A stretch of 64,000 bases of DNA, from positions 22,718 through 86,717 of the forward strand of contig CAZEYP010000001.1 in NCBI GenBank assembly GCA_964515925.1, given 5' to 3'. The first letter of the stretch is position 1, and each line of letters opens with the position of its first letter. A program made the position numbers and the translations under genes. The DNA comes from an uncultured Nitrospirota bacterium (lineage in GTDB: Bacteria; Nitrospirota; Thermodesulfovibrionia; Thermodesulfovibrionales; JdFR-85). The notes beneath the pieces were generated by a model. It was not told where the DNA came from. It did not search any database and saw only the letters and a list, made by a program, of their open reading frames with translations. Below, piece after piece: positions 28,146-36,585 of this stretch.

Positions 28146-28386
28146 GTGATTATATTAAAACAATGGCTAAAATATTGTCAAATCGCATTAGATCACCCAA
28201 AATCCGAAATAGACAAGGGCAAAATTGTAAATACCTTCCACATAGAGGTCCTTACACGATGCTTATGCCATCCCTCTGAAAACAACATCTCTTAGGAAGT
28301 TAAAATAATCTTGTGTCTGTGAGTAAAATATATAACTATGAATAAAACATAGGAATTTGTTTGTTAACAGGAAATTAGGATGCATG

Positions 28387-28419
28387 TTGACACCAATCAT
28401 CTGTGCTCTATGGTATAAT
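28387..28419 (+). promoter_or_regulatory. Candidate sigma-70 promoter with an extended -10 (TGgTATAAT)
   Basis: TATAAT lies at 28414-28419, preceded by TGg. TTGACA at 28387-28392 is 21 nt upstream, which is longer than optimal. It points toward the 28609 gene. Confidence 0.4.
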
Positions 28420-28427
28420 TTAACAGC

Positions 28428-28504
28428 TTCCTCGCTGTCATTCTGAGCGAAGAGAAGAATCTTAAAAACAGGGAGTAGGGGGTAGTTAAAATACCTACAC
28501 CCTG
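28428..28504 (+). repeat. Two small hairpin words in the leader: a GTCATTCTGAGCGAAGAGAAGAATC copy and a minimal CAGGGAGTAGG...CCTACACCCTG hairpin
   Basis: 28437-28461 matches the 2720-2748 word family. In 28469-28479 versus 28494-28504, 10 of 11 positions pair. Confidence 0.8.
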
Positions 28505-28553
28505 AAGTTTAGAATTTATATTTGGTAGTTTGTGCTGAAATCCACTGATATTT

Positions 28554-28583
28554 TTAAGAAGGTTTAATTTAAGAAGGTTTAAT
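28554..28583 (+). repeat. Perfect 15-bp direct tandem repeat (ttaagaaggtttaat x2)
   Basis: 28554-28568 is identical to 28569-28583. It lies 25 nt upstream of the ATG at 28609. Confidence 0.9.
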
Positions 28584-28608
28584 TTTGGTTATAGGAAAGG
28601 GGAATATT

Positions 28609-29286
28609 ATGAAGAGAGCCTTACTATCCACGGTGTTCTTAATTGTTCTTACAGCCACATCATATGCAGCGCCATCAATTCTGTTTACCGAGGAAAAACA
28701 CGACTTTGGAGAGGTTAAGCAGGGGGATAAGCTGGAGTATGAATTTCACTTCAAAAACATAGGGGATGAAACACTTATTATCAAAAAGATCACCGCATCC
28801 TGAGGTTGCACTGCAACGATGGTCAGTTCAGACCATCTGGGCTCTGGCGAGGAAGGCACTATAAAGGCCACTGTAGACACAAGAAGAAAAAGGGGAAGGA
28901 TAGTAAAGACCGTACAGGTAAAAACCAATGACCCTCAAAGACCGCTGGTTATCCTGAAACTCATGGCAAATGTTAAAGACCCCTTTCATGCTGCTGCGCA
29001 CGAACCAGATGCCATTTTTAAAACTCCCTGCAGAAGCTGTCATGTGGACAGAGGAGTTGGAAGAACAGGAGCTGCACTATTCAGGGCAGACTGTATGATG
29101 TGTCACAGAAGGGGAAGGGTTGGAAATGACCTGCTTCAGTTGAAAAAGCTCTCCTTTGAAGAGCTGACTCGTTCGATAGAAGAAGGTGTTAAGGGTACCA
29201 TAATGCCAGGGTTTGCATCTCGTGTTGGCGGCCCACTTACAGAGGCGCAGATAAGGTCACTCGTAAGATATATAAAGGGGCACTAA
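28609..29286 (+). CDS. Candidate selenoprotein: secreted DUF1573 domain (Sec at TGA 28801-28803) fused to a c-type cytochrome domain
   Basis: ORFs 28585..28803 and 28819..29286 are in the same frame (offset 234 nt). Readthrough gives ..ETLIIKKITAS-U-GCTATMV..GEEGTIKATVD..VQVKTNDP..LKLMANV, which is the DUF1573 pattern with U at the first Cys of SCGCT. The C-terminal part has CRSCH and CMMCH heme motifs and IMPGF. It has a signal peptide MKRALLSTVFLIVLTATSYA. The start is ATG 28609 after AGGAAAGGGG. Confidence 0.6.
28818..28837 (+). promoter_or_regulatory. SECIS-like hairpin downstream of TGA 28801
   Basis: gatggtc agttca gaccatc has a perfect 7-bp stem, and its apical loop AGUUCA contains GU. 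The loop starts 21 nt after the UGA. A second small hairpin, gttgc act gcaac, lies at 28805-28817. Confidence 0.5.
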
Positions 29287-29777
29287 GCCTCTAAGAGTTT
29301 TTCTTCCTCTTCCTGCTCGGTCTTACAATCAATGCACATGGTGGTTACAGGTCTTGCCTCAAGCCTCTTGATGCCTATCTCGCAGCCACAAACCTCACAG
29401 ATACCATAGGTGCCGTTGTCAATCTTTTCTATGGCAAGCTCAATCTTTTTGATAAGTTTCTGCTCCCTGCCTCTTAACCTAAGCATGAAGTTTTTGTCGA
29501 TCTCTGCCGAGGCCTGATCCCCAAGGTCTGGAAAGGCGCTTTCCTCTGGAAGGCTGTTAAGGGCTGTTTCTGCCTCTTGAAGTAGCTTCTCTTTCTGTTC
29601 AATTAGCCTTTGTCTAATTTCCTGGATAATCTTTTCTCTATCGGTAATCTTTTTGTTTTCTTTAGCCTCAGAGCAACGTTTTGTTGACTTTTTCTTTGTG
29701 GTGGCCTTCTTCTTTGCCGAGGTTTTGGTTTTCTTTTTACTGGTTGTGCCATTCTGGCTCTTTTTTCTTGTTGCCAT
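29283..29777 (-). CDS. dksA: DksA/TraR-family C4 zinc-finger protein with a Lys-rich N-terminal extension
   Basis: 164 aa with a C-terminal CEVCGCEI..(17)..CIDCK, a coiled-coil region, and a first ~45 aa made up mostly of K/T/S. Confidence 0.75.
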   Translation of the reverse strand: MATRKKSQNGTTSKKKTKTSAKKKATTKKKSTKRCSEAKENKKITDREKIIQEIRQRLIEQKEKLLQEAETALNSLPEESAFPDLGDQASAEIDKNFMLRLRGREQKLIKKIELAIEKIDNGTYGICEVCGCEIGIKRLEARPVTTMCIDCKTEQEEEEKLLEA

Positions 29778-29920
29778 TTAAATCTCCTCTCCAAGCACTA
29801 AGATACTGTGATAGATAGACTTTTAAGCCTAACAAACTGACAATACATTAGTCAAGATGGTATAATACCCGAACCAGCATATGTAACTACTCTGCTTAAC
29901 TGTTTAAAGGGGATAAATAT

Positions 29921-31573
29921 ATGAAAAGATTTTTAATACTGTTAGGTATATTTCTGCTACCAGTCACTGCCTTTGCAGTGACTAACCCTTTTGTGCCTGT
30001 AGCAAAGCACATTGTTTCTTATTTCACCCCTCTGGAGGGTGATGTTATTGGGGTAAACAGTGATGTGGTTATAAATATAGGAAGAAATAGGGGCATAAAG
30101 AAGGGAATGAGGTTCAAGGTCTTTGAAAGAGGAGCCTCTTTTTATCATCCTGTTACGGGTGAGTATATGGGCAGGATTGAGAGGTTCAGAGGTGTTATTG
30201 AGGTAAAGGATGTCTCTGACAATGAGAGCCGTTGCAGAATTGTGGAGGGAGATGCAAAAAAGGGAGACCTTGTAAGGATATCTGGTGCAAAGACCAGAGT
30301 GCTTTTCTATCAGGATATGACGGTTGATTACTTTATCGGAGATGCACTGTATCAGGAACTTAAAGACTCGGGGCGTTTTGACCTATCTGATGCGCCCATT
30401 GAAAACCTCTCTTTAAAGGAACTTCTCAGTATTGCAGAAAAGGAAAAGACCGAAGCCATTATTAAGCTGACCTCACCAAAAAAGGATGTGAGGGAAAGGA
30501 TAGTAGATGTCTCGCTCCTGTGGAAAGACGGCGAGGTTTTTTTTAAAGAGCAGGTTCCTGTTAGTGCAGAGTTTATCAGGGAGGTAAGAAGCTCTCAGGA
30601 ATTCCTTACAGGTGGGGTTCAGGAGCCACTACTTCTTTATTCACTTCCCTTTGGGGCAGAACACATACTCACCGGCGATGTGGATGGTGATAAAAAATTA
30701 GATATTGTATTGAGCAATGGCTATGATATCTATGTATACTCCTATGATGTAGACCTCAGCTATCTGTATCAGGCAACCCTTAACAAACAGGAAAATGCCC
30801 TGTGGCTTGATATTTATGATATAGACAGAGATGGCAGGGATGAAATAATTATTTCTACTATTAATGACGATGAAACCAGTGTGGTCTCATACATCTTTAA
30901 GTTTAATAAAAGGAAACTTAAACAGATATGGAAAACCGAAGGGTTTCTCAGGGTGTTAGATGGGAAACTCCTGTGGCAGGCGTTTTCCCCTTATGATGGG
31001 TATATCGGCAAGGTTAGAGAGATAATTTATAATAAAGGAACCTTTGAAAATGACGAAAGTCTTGATCTGCCACCAGATCTGAATATATATAACTTTGTAA
31101 TGATTCACTCAAAGGAAGGTGAGTTGTATTTTTACGTAGACAAGTACAACCACCTGGTATTATTAAATAACGAGGGACTTCCTGTATGGAGAAGTGAAAA
31201 GGACCTTGGAGGTTTTGTTAAAAAGTTCAATAAGAAACAGTACATTGAGATGGTTGAAAGGGGACAGTGGGTTGTGCCTGACAGGATGATAGTAAGAGGA
31301 CGCTCTGTGATTGTGCCTGCAAGAACACCTATAGCTAAGAAGGCACAAACCCTTGGTTATAAAGAGTCGGAAATCAGGACTTACACCATATCAGGCAGCA
31401 CGGTTGATGAGATTTCTCTTATCAACGATATAAATGGAAACCTGATTGACTTCAGTGTGTTTGGTGACAAGATTGCCTTTGTGGACAAACCACCCTTTGG
31501 CTTTGTTGCAAAGAATCTATTAAGGGGCAAAAATCCCTTTGTTATATACCTGCAGATATTTTCTATAAAATAA
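29921..31573 (+). CDS. Secreted protein with FG-GAP/VCBS-like repeats, function unknown
   Basis: 550 aa with a signal peptide (MKRFLILLGIFLLPVTAFA) and repeat motifs GDVDGDKKLDIVLSNG and DIDRDGRDEIIIST. Confidence 0.5.
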   Translation: MKRFLILLGIFLLPVTAFAVTNPFVPVAKHIVSYFTPLEGDVIGVNSDVVINIGRNRGIKKGMRFKVFERGASFYHPVTGEYMGRIERFRGVIEVKDVSDNESRCRIVEGDAKKGDLVRISGAKTRVLFYQDMTVDYFIGDALYQELKDSGRFDLSDAPIENLSLKELLSIAEKEKTEAIIKLTSPKKDVRERIVDVSLLWKDGEVFFKEQVPVSAEFIREVRSSQEFLTGGVQEPLLLYSLPFGAEHILTGDVDGDKKLDIVLSNGYDIYVYSYDVDLSYLYQATLNKQENALWLDIYDIDRDGRDEIIISTINDDETSVVSYIFKFNKRKLKQIWKTEGFLRVLDGKLLWQAFSPYDGYIGKVREIIYNKGTFENDESLDLPPDLNIYNFVMIHSKEGELYFYVDKYNHLVLLNNEGLPVWRSEKDLGGFVKKFNKKQYIEMVERGQWVVPDRMIVRGRSVIVPARTPIAKKAQTLGYKESEIRTYTISGSTVDEISLINDINGNLIDFSVFGDKIAFVDKPPFGFVAKNLLRGKNPFVIYLQIFSIK

Positions 31574-31592
31574 CAGAGGAGAGGAGGGAGCA

Positions 31593-32291
31593 GTGGAAAA
31601 CCTTCCAAGGCATGTGGGTGTGATAATGGATGGAAATGGCCGCTGGGCACAGCTAAGAGGGCTTAAGAGAATCGAAGGGCATCGAAGGGGTGCAGAGCGT
31701 GCAAAGGATATAATCAGGGTCTCCCTTGACATCGGAATTGATGTACTCACCCTATATGCCTTCTCCATAGAGAACTGGCAGAGGCCCGAAGATGAGGTGT
31801 CCACCCTTATGGAGCTCCTTGAGGTCTATCTCTCAAAGGAGCTTATAGACCTGATTCAGGAGGGCATAAGGTTCAGGGTTATTGGCAACATTGAGAGGCT
31901 TCCAGGTCAGATTCGTTCCATTATAAAGGATGCTGAAAGACTTACTGAAAACAACAATCGCCTCACCCTTGTGCTGGCACTCAGCTACAGCGGAAGGGAT
32001 GAGATAATAAGGGCTGTTAAGAAGATTATAGAGTCAGGGCTTGAGCCTGATGAGATTAATGAGACAGTGTTTGACGGTTTTCTTGATACACATGGACTTC
32101 CACCTGTTGACCTGATCATCAGAACAAGTGGTGAGATTAGAATCAGCAATTTTCTCCTCTGGCAGGGTGCCTATGCAGAGCTTTACTTTACCGAGACCCT
32201 CTGGCCTGATTTCACAAAGGAGGAGTTCATGCTTGCAATCCAGGATTTTCAGAGAAGAGAAAGGAGATTCGGGACGGTTCTGTCCACTTAG
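31593..32291 (+). CDS. uppS: Undecaprenyl diphosphate synthase
   Basis: 232 aa with HVGVIMDGNGRWA, and RTSGE.RISNFLLWQ.AY.E at the C-terminus. Confidence 0.92.
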   Translation: MENLPRHVGVIMDGNGRWAQLRGLKRIEGHRRGAERAKDIIRVSLDIGIDVLTLYAFSIENWQRPEDEVSTLMELLEVYLSKELIDLIQEGIRFRVIGNIERLPGQIRSIIKDAERLTENNNRLTLVLALSYSGRDEIIRAVKKIIESGLEPDEINETVFDGFLDTHGLPPVDLIIRTSGEIRISNFLLWQGAYAELYFTETLWPDFTKEEFMLAIQDFQRRERRFGTVLST

Positions 32292-32294
32292 TAG

Positions 32295-33083
32295 GTGCAG
32301 ATGAGAAAAAGAGAGATAGTTGCCGCAGTAATCCTACCAGTTCTTTACCTTTATATAATGAAACTACCTCCTGTGTTCTTTCTTGCACTTCTGGCACTTG
32401 CCTGTCTTATGGCACAGGCGGAGTTTTACTCAATGTATCATGTCAGAGGTATAAGCAAACTCTTCGGGCTTGGTTACGGTCTTTTTTATCTTCTGATGTA
32501 TTATCTTGGTGTTCAGGATATCCTTTTTGTTGTGGTCTTTTTTCTTCTTTCCGTTGTGATAAGGCTTTTTTCTGGCGACAGGTCTCCAGAGCGGGCACTT
32601 CAGGATATAGCACCAGTGGTTATAGGGTTTCTTTACATTCCCTTTATACTGAGTCTGCTTCTTTACATCCGCCTTGTGGGGCCAGGATGGATTATATACA
32701 CAGGCGTGACCGTATGGGCCTCTGACAGTTTTGCCTATTATGTGGGAAAAAACATGGGCAAACATAAGCTCTATCCATCCATGAGCCCTAAAAAGACTGT
32801 AGAGGGTGCGGCAGGCTCACTGGTTGGAGGTATGGTCTTTTCATGTATAATAAAGTATCTATTGCTTGACAGAATGAGTATTACCTATGCACTGTTACTT
32901 GGTGCTGTGATAGGTGCAATTGCAGTGGTTGGTGACCTTTCAGAGTCCATGTTCAAGAGAGATTCAGGTGTGAAAGACTCAAGTGTCCTGATACCAGGGC
33001 ATGGTGGCGTGCTTGACAAACTTGACGGAATAATATTTGCCACACCGGTGGTCTTTATATTCTTAAGGTATATATTTAGATGA
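32295..33083 (+). CDS. cdsA: Phosphatidate cytidylyltransferase
   Basis: 262-aa polytopic protein with the signature SMFKRDSGVKDSSVLIPGHGGVLDKLD. An ATG at 32301 is an alternative start. Confidence 0.9.
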   Translation: MQMRKREIVAAVILPVLYLYIMKLPPVFFLALLALACLMAQAEFYSMYHVRGISKLFGLGYGLFYLLMYYLGVQDILFVVVFFLLSVVIRLFSGDRSPERALQDIAPVVIGFLYIPFILSLLLYIRLVGPGWIIYTGVTVWASDSFAYYVGKNMGKHKLYPSMSPKKTVEGAAGSLVGGMVFSCIIKYLLLDRMSITYALLLGAVIGAIAVVGDLSESMFKRDSGVKDSSVLIPGHGGVLDKLDGIIFATPVVFIFLRYIFR

Positions 33084-34222
33084 AGAGACTTTCCATCTTA
33101 GGCTCCACAGGCTCAATCGGCAGGGCAACCCTTGATATCATAAGGCGTTATCCCCATAGATTCAAGGTTATGGGGCTTGCGGCTGGTTCAAACGTTGAGC
33201 TTATGGCTCAGCAGATTGAGGAGTTTCGCCCTGATGTGATTGCCCTTTCAGATGATGAGTCTGCACAGAGACTGAGCAGTAGATTCAGGGAGCTTGAGAT
33301 ACTCTCTGGACAGGATGGCCTCGTAAGGGTGGCAACCCTTGAAGAGGTTGATTTTGTGCTTTCCGCAATCTCCGGTGCCTCCGGACTTCTGCCCACATAC
33401 GAGGCAATTCGGGCTGGTAAGACCATAGGGCTTGCAAACAAGGAGACCCTTGTAATGGCCGGGGAACTGATAAACAGAGAGGCTCGGGCGCCAATTATCC
33501 CTGTTGATAGTGAACACAGCGCCCTTTTTCAGTGTCTTCAGGGCCACAGGGTTGAGGATGTCCGCAAGCTGATACTTACTGCCTCAGGTGGTCCATTCAG
33601 GGGGATGAAGAAAGAGGATTTAGAGGATGTTACAGGTGAGGATGCCCTCAGGCATCCCACATGGCAGATGGGAAGGAAGATAACCATAGACTCGGCAACA
33701 CTGATGAACAAGGGGCTTGAGGTGATAGAGGCCCATCATCTCTTTGGCTTTAAGCCCGAGCAGATAGATGTGGTGATTCATCACCAGAGCATTGTTCATT
33801 CCCTGGTGGAGTTTGTAGATGGCTCTTTACTTGCCCAGCTTTCCATGCCTGACATGCGCGGGCCTATTGCCTATGCACTGTCTTATCCTGAAAGGCTTCC
33901 TGGGGTGCTAAAGAGATGCAGTCTTTCTGAACTGAAGACCCTGAGCTTTGAAGAACCCGATATAGAGACCTTTTCATGCCTGAGGCTATGTTACATGGCA
34001 CTTCAACTTGGAGGTACTGCTCCAACAGTGGTTAATGCTGCTGATGAAAAGGCAGTTGATGCCTTTTTGAAGGGATACATTGGCTTCAATGAGATACCTG
34101 TTATAATAGAGGAGATACTCTCTTCCCATCTGACTGTACGGGTCAACACTATTGAGGATGTGCTTGAGGCAGACAGGTGGGCAAGGGAGAGGTTCGATGA
34201 ACTTATGGAGGAAAGGGTTTGA
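33080..34222 (+). CDS. dxr: 1-deoxy-D-xylulose 5-phosphate reductoisomerase
   Basis: 380 aa with GSTGSIG, LANKE, DSEHSA and the HPTWQMG.KITIDSAT motif. Confidence 0.92.
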   Translation: MKRLSILGSTGSIGRATLDIIRRYPHRFKVMGLAAGSNVELMAQQIEEFRPDVIALSDDESAQRLSSRFRELEILSGQDGLVRVATLEEVDFVLSAISGASGLLPTYEAIRAGKTIGLANKETLVMAGELINREARAPIIPVDSEHSALFQCLQGHRVEDVRKLILTASGGPFRGMKKEDLEDVTGEDALRHPTWQMGRKITIDSATLMNKGLEVIEAHHLFGFKPEQIDVVIHHQSIVHSLVEFVDGSLLAQLSMPDMRGPIAYALSYPERLPGVLKRCSLSELKTLSFEEPDIETFSCLRLCYMALQLGGTAPTVVNAADEKAVDAFLKGYIGFNEIPVIIEEILSSHLTVRVNTIEDVLEADRWARERFDELMEERV

Positions 34223-35310
34223 CCATTATATCTGCAATAGTACTTCTGGGGGTGTTAATATTTGTTCATGAGTTGGGCCATTTTATCGTGGCAAAGCTCT
34301 CAGGGGTGAAGGTGCTCAGGTTTTCCCTTGGCTTTGGCCCGAAGGTGGTGGGAAAACAGTTCGGTGAAACAGAGTACCTGCTTTCGGCAATACCGCTTGG
34401 TGGGTATGTAAAGATGCTTGGTGAGGAGCCTGACGAGGAGCTTCCTGCAGAGGAGGCAGAAAGGGCATTTAACCGTCAGCCCATTAGAAAGAGGGCATTG
34501 ATAGTTTTTGCTGGTCCCTTTTTTAATGTCCTGCTAACCTACATCATATTTACAGCAGTTCTGGCAGTTGGACTGCCAATAAATATCCCGGTTGTTAAGC
34601 AGTTAAAACCAAGTATTGATAAAGTGGAGGAGGGTTATCCTGCGCAGAAGGCCGGACTGAAGGCAGGTGACATTGTCAAAGAGATAGATGGCCGTCCGGT
34701 TGACACCTGGTTTGACCTGGTCAGTATTGTCTCAAAAAGCCCCGGGAAAGAGCTTGAGTTTATGGTGTTAAGGGGGGAAAGGCTGATAAAGATAAAGATA
34801 ACTCCCCGAAGGGTTGAAAAAAAGGGCCCAGACGGCAAAAGAATTGTTATTGGAAGGATAGGAGTCAGGAAAACAGGAGATGGATTTTTTGAGAGTATCC
34901 AGGCAAAGGGGGCTTTAGAGGCACCTTTTAAGGGTGCCATGGCCACCTACAGGATGGGCTTTTTTATAGTGGACTCAATCAGGATGCTTGTGACAGGAGA
35001 GGTATCATTTAAAAACCTTGGTGGGCCTGTCACTATTATCAAGGAATCAGGAAAGGCGGCTTCAGCAGGCATACTTGCCTATGTTATGTTTATGGCCCTT
35101 TTGAGTGTAAACCTTGCGGTGCTGAATCTTCTGCCTATACCGATTCTTGATGGTGGACATCTGCTTCTGTTTGCAGTGGAGGCAATGAAGGGTGAGCCAC
35201 TTAATGAAGAAATCGTGATTATAGTGCACAAAATAGGCTATGCGATACTTATAATACTTATGGGTTTTGCCCTTTACAACGACATCGTAAGGATATTTAC
35301 CGATTCTTAA
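34219..35310 (+). CDS. rseP: RIP site-2 zinc metalloprotease RseP
   Basis: 363 aa with HELGHF, a PDZ segment, and a C-terminal NLLPIPILDGGH. Confidence 0.9.
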   Translation: MTIISAIVLLGVLIFVHELGHFIVAKLSGVKVLRFSLGFGPKVVGKQFGETEYLLSAIPLGGYVKMLGEEPDEELPAEEAERAFNRQPIRKRALIVFAGPFFNVLLTYIIFTAVLAVGLPINIPVVKQLKPSIDKVEEGYPAQKAGLKAGDIVKEIDGRPVDTWFDLVSIVSKSPGKELEFMVLRGERLIKIKITPRRVEKKGPDGKRIVIGRIGVRKTGDGFFESIQAKGALEAPFKGAMATYRMGFFIVDSIRMLVTGEVSFKNLGGPVTIIKESGKAASAGILAYVMFMALLSVNLAVLNLLPIPILDGGHLLLFAVEAMKGEPLNEEIVIIVHKIGYAILIILMGFALYNDIVRIFTDS

Positions 35311-35316
35311 CCCATG

Positions 35317-35350
35317 ACCAATACACAAATAACCAATATACCAACATCAC
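35317..35350 (+). repeat. G-free CA-rich word array directly abutting the next start codon
   Basis: accaatacacaaataaccaatataccaacatcac. There is no SD between it and the ATG at 35351. Confidence 0.75.
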
Positions 35351-35701
35351 ATGCACAGTCTTGAAGGTTTAAAACTGAGGCTCAGGGAGTTTGCCGAGGA
35401 GAGGGACTGGGACAAGTTCCACTCCCCCAAGAACCTCTCTATGGCACTCATAGTGGAGGCTGCTGAACTGGTTGAGCATTTTCAGTGGCTTACACAGGCA
35501 GAAAGCCTTGAACTGCCAGAAGAAAAACTTCAGGATGTTAAGGAGGAGCTTGCCGATATACTGATTTATCTTGTAAGGATTGCAGACAAACTGGGGGTTG
35601 ACCTGATAGAGGAGGCATACAGGAAGATAGAAAAGAACACCCGAAAGTACCCTGCAGAGCTGGTCAGGGGAAGGGCTGATAAATATACTGAATACAAATG
35701 A
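35351..35701 (+). CDS. MazG-like nucleotide pyrophosphohydrolase
   Basis: 116 aa, all-alpha, with EAAELVEHFQW and ELADILIYL motifs (EExxE-type metal sites). Confidence 0.8.
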   Translation: MHSLEGLKLRLREFAEERDWDKFHSPKNLSMALIVEAAELVEHFQWLTQAESLELPEEKLQDVKEELADILIYLVRIADKLGVDLIEEAYRKIEKNTRKYPAELVRGRADKYTEYK

Positions 35702-35717
35702 ATACACAGCTATTAAT

Positions 35718-36134
35718 ATGAACATTCATGAACTGGAAGTAAAGATCTATTACGAGGACACCGACTGTGGTGGCGTGGTCTATTACGCCAACTATCTGAA
35801 GTACTTTGAGCGTGCCCGAACAGAGATGTTTGAACAGGCCTGCATGCCCCTTACAGAGCTTATGAAACAGGGCATACAGTTTGTGGTGGTAGAGGCATCA
35901 CTTAAGTATCATCTGCCAGGTAGATACGGAGACCGCCTGGTTGTAGAATCCTGGATAAAGGAGATCGGCCATGTAACCATTCTGTTTGGCCACAGGGTAA
36001 AAAGAAAAGAGACCTCTGAGGTGCTTGTAAGTGGAGAGGTCAAAATAGCCTCAGTGTCTGATACATTAAGGCCTGTAAAACTGCCAGACAATATCAGAAA
36101 GGCAATGGAAAAATATAACTTAGATGAAACTTAA
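35718..36134 (+). CDS. Acyl-CoA thioesterase, YbgC/4HBT hot-dog family
   Basis: 138 aa with the N-terminal [21 protein letters not shown] typical of YbgC-type thioesterases. Confidence 0.8.
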   Translation: MNIHELEVKIYYEDTDCGGVVYYANYLKYFERARTEMFEQACMPLTELMKQGIQFVVVEASLKYHLPGRYGDRLVVESWIKEIGHVTILFGHRVKRKETSEVLVSGEVKIASVSDTLRPVKLPDNIRKAMEKYNLDET

Positions 36135-36585
36135 GGATAGGGAGACATTAAAGGAGATCCTGAAAACCCTCAAGAAGCAGGGCAAAAAGGTGGTCTTTAC
36201 AAATGGCTGTTTCGACATCATACACGCTGGCCACATTGCCTATCTCCGCCAGGCCCGTGGCCTCGGAGATCTGCTTGTTGTGGGAGTAAACTCTGATGAA
36301 TCGGTAAAGAGACTCAAGCCTAAAAGACCCATTGTGCCCTGTGCTCAGAGGGTGGAGGTGCTTTCAGCCCTTGAGATGGTTGATTATGTGGTGGTCTTTG
36401 AAGAGGACACAGCCTATGAGCTGATAAAGAGCATTGAGCCTGATGTGCTTGTAAAGGGTGGCGACTGGAAGGTTCAGGATATTGTGGGCTCAGACCTTGT
36501 TCCAGAGACCTACAGCCTGCCCTACCGTGAAGGACTTTCCACAACAGAGATAATACAGAGAATAATCAAGAGATATTGTCAGTAA
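36124..36585 (+). CDS. D-glycero-beta-D-manno-heptose 1-phosphate adenylyltransferase (RfaE domain II type)
   Basis: 153-aa cytidylyltransferase fold with [12 protein letters not shown] and the ..GVNSDESV.. motif. Confidence 0.8.
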   Translation: MKLKDRETLKEILKTLKKQGKKVVFTNGCFDIIHAGHIAYLRQARGLGDLLVVGVNSDESVKRLKPKRPIVPCAQRVEVLSALEMVDYVVVFEEDTAYELIKSIEPDVLVKGGDWKVQDIVGSDLVPETYSLPYREGLSTTEIIQRIIKRYCQ

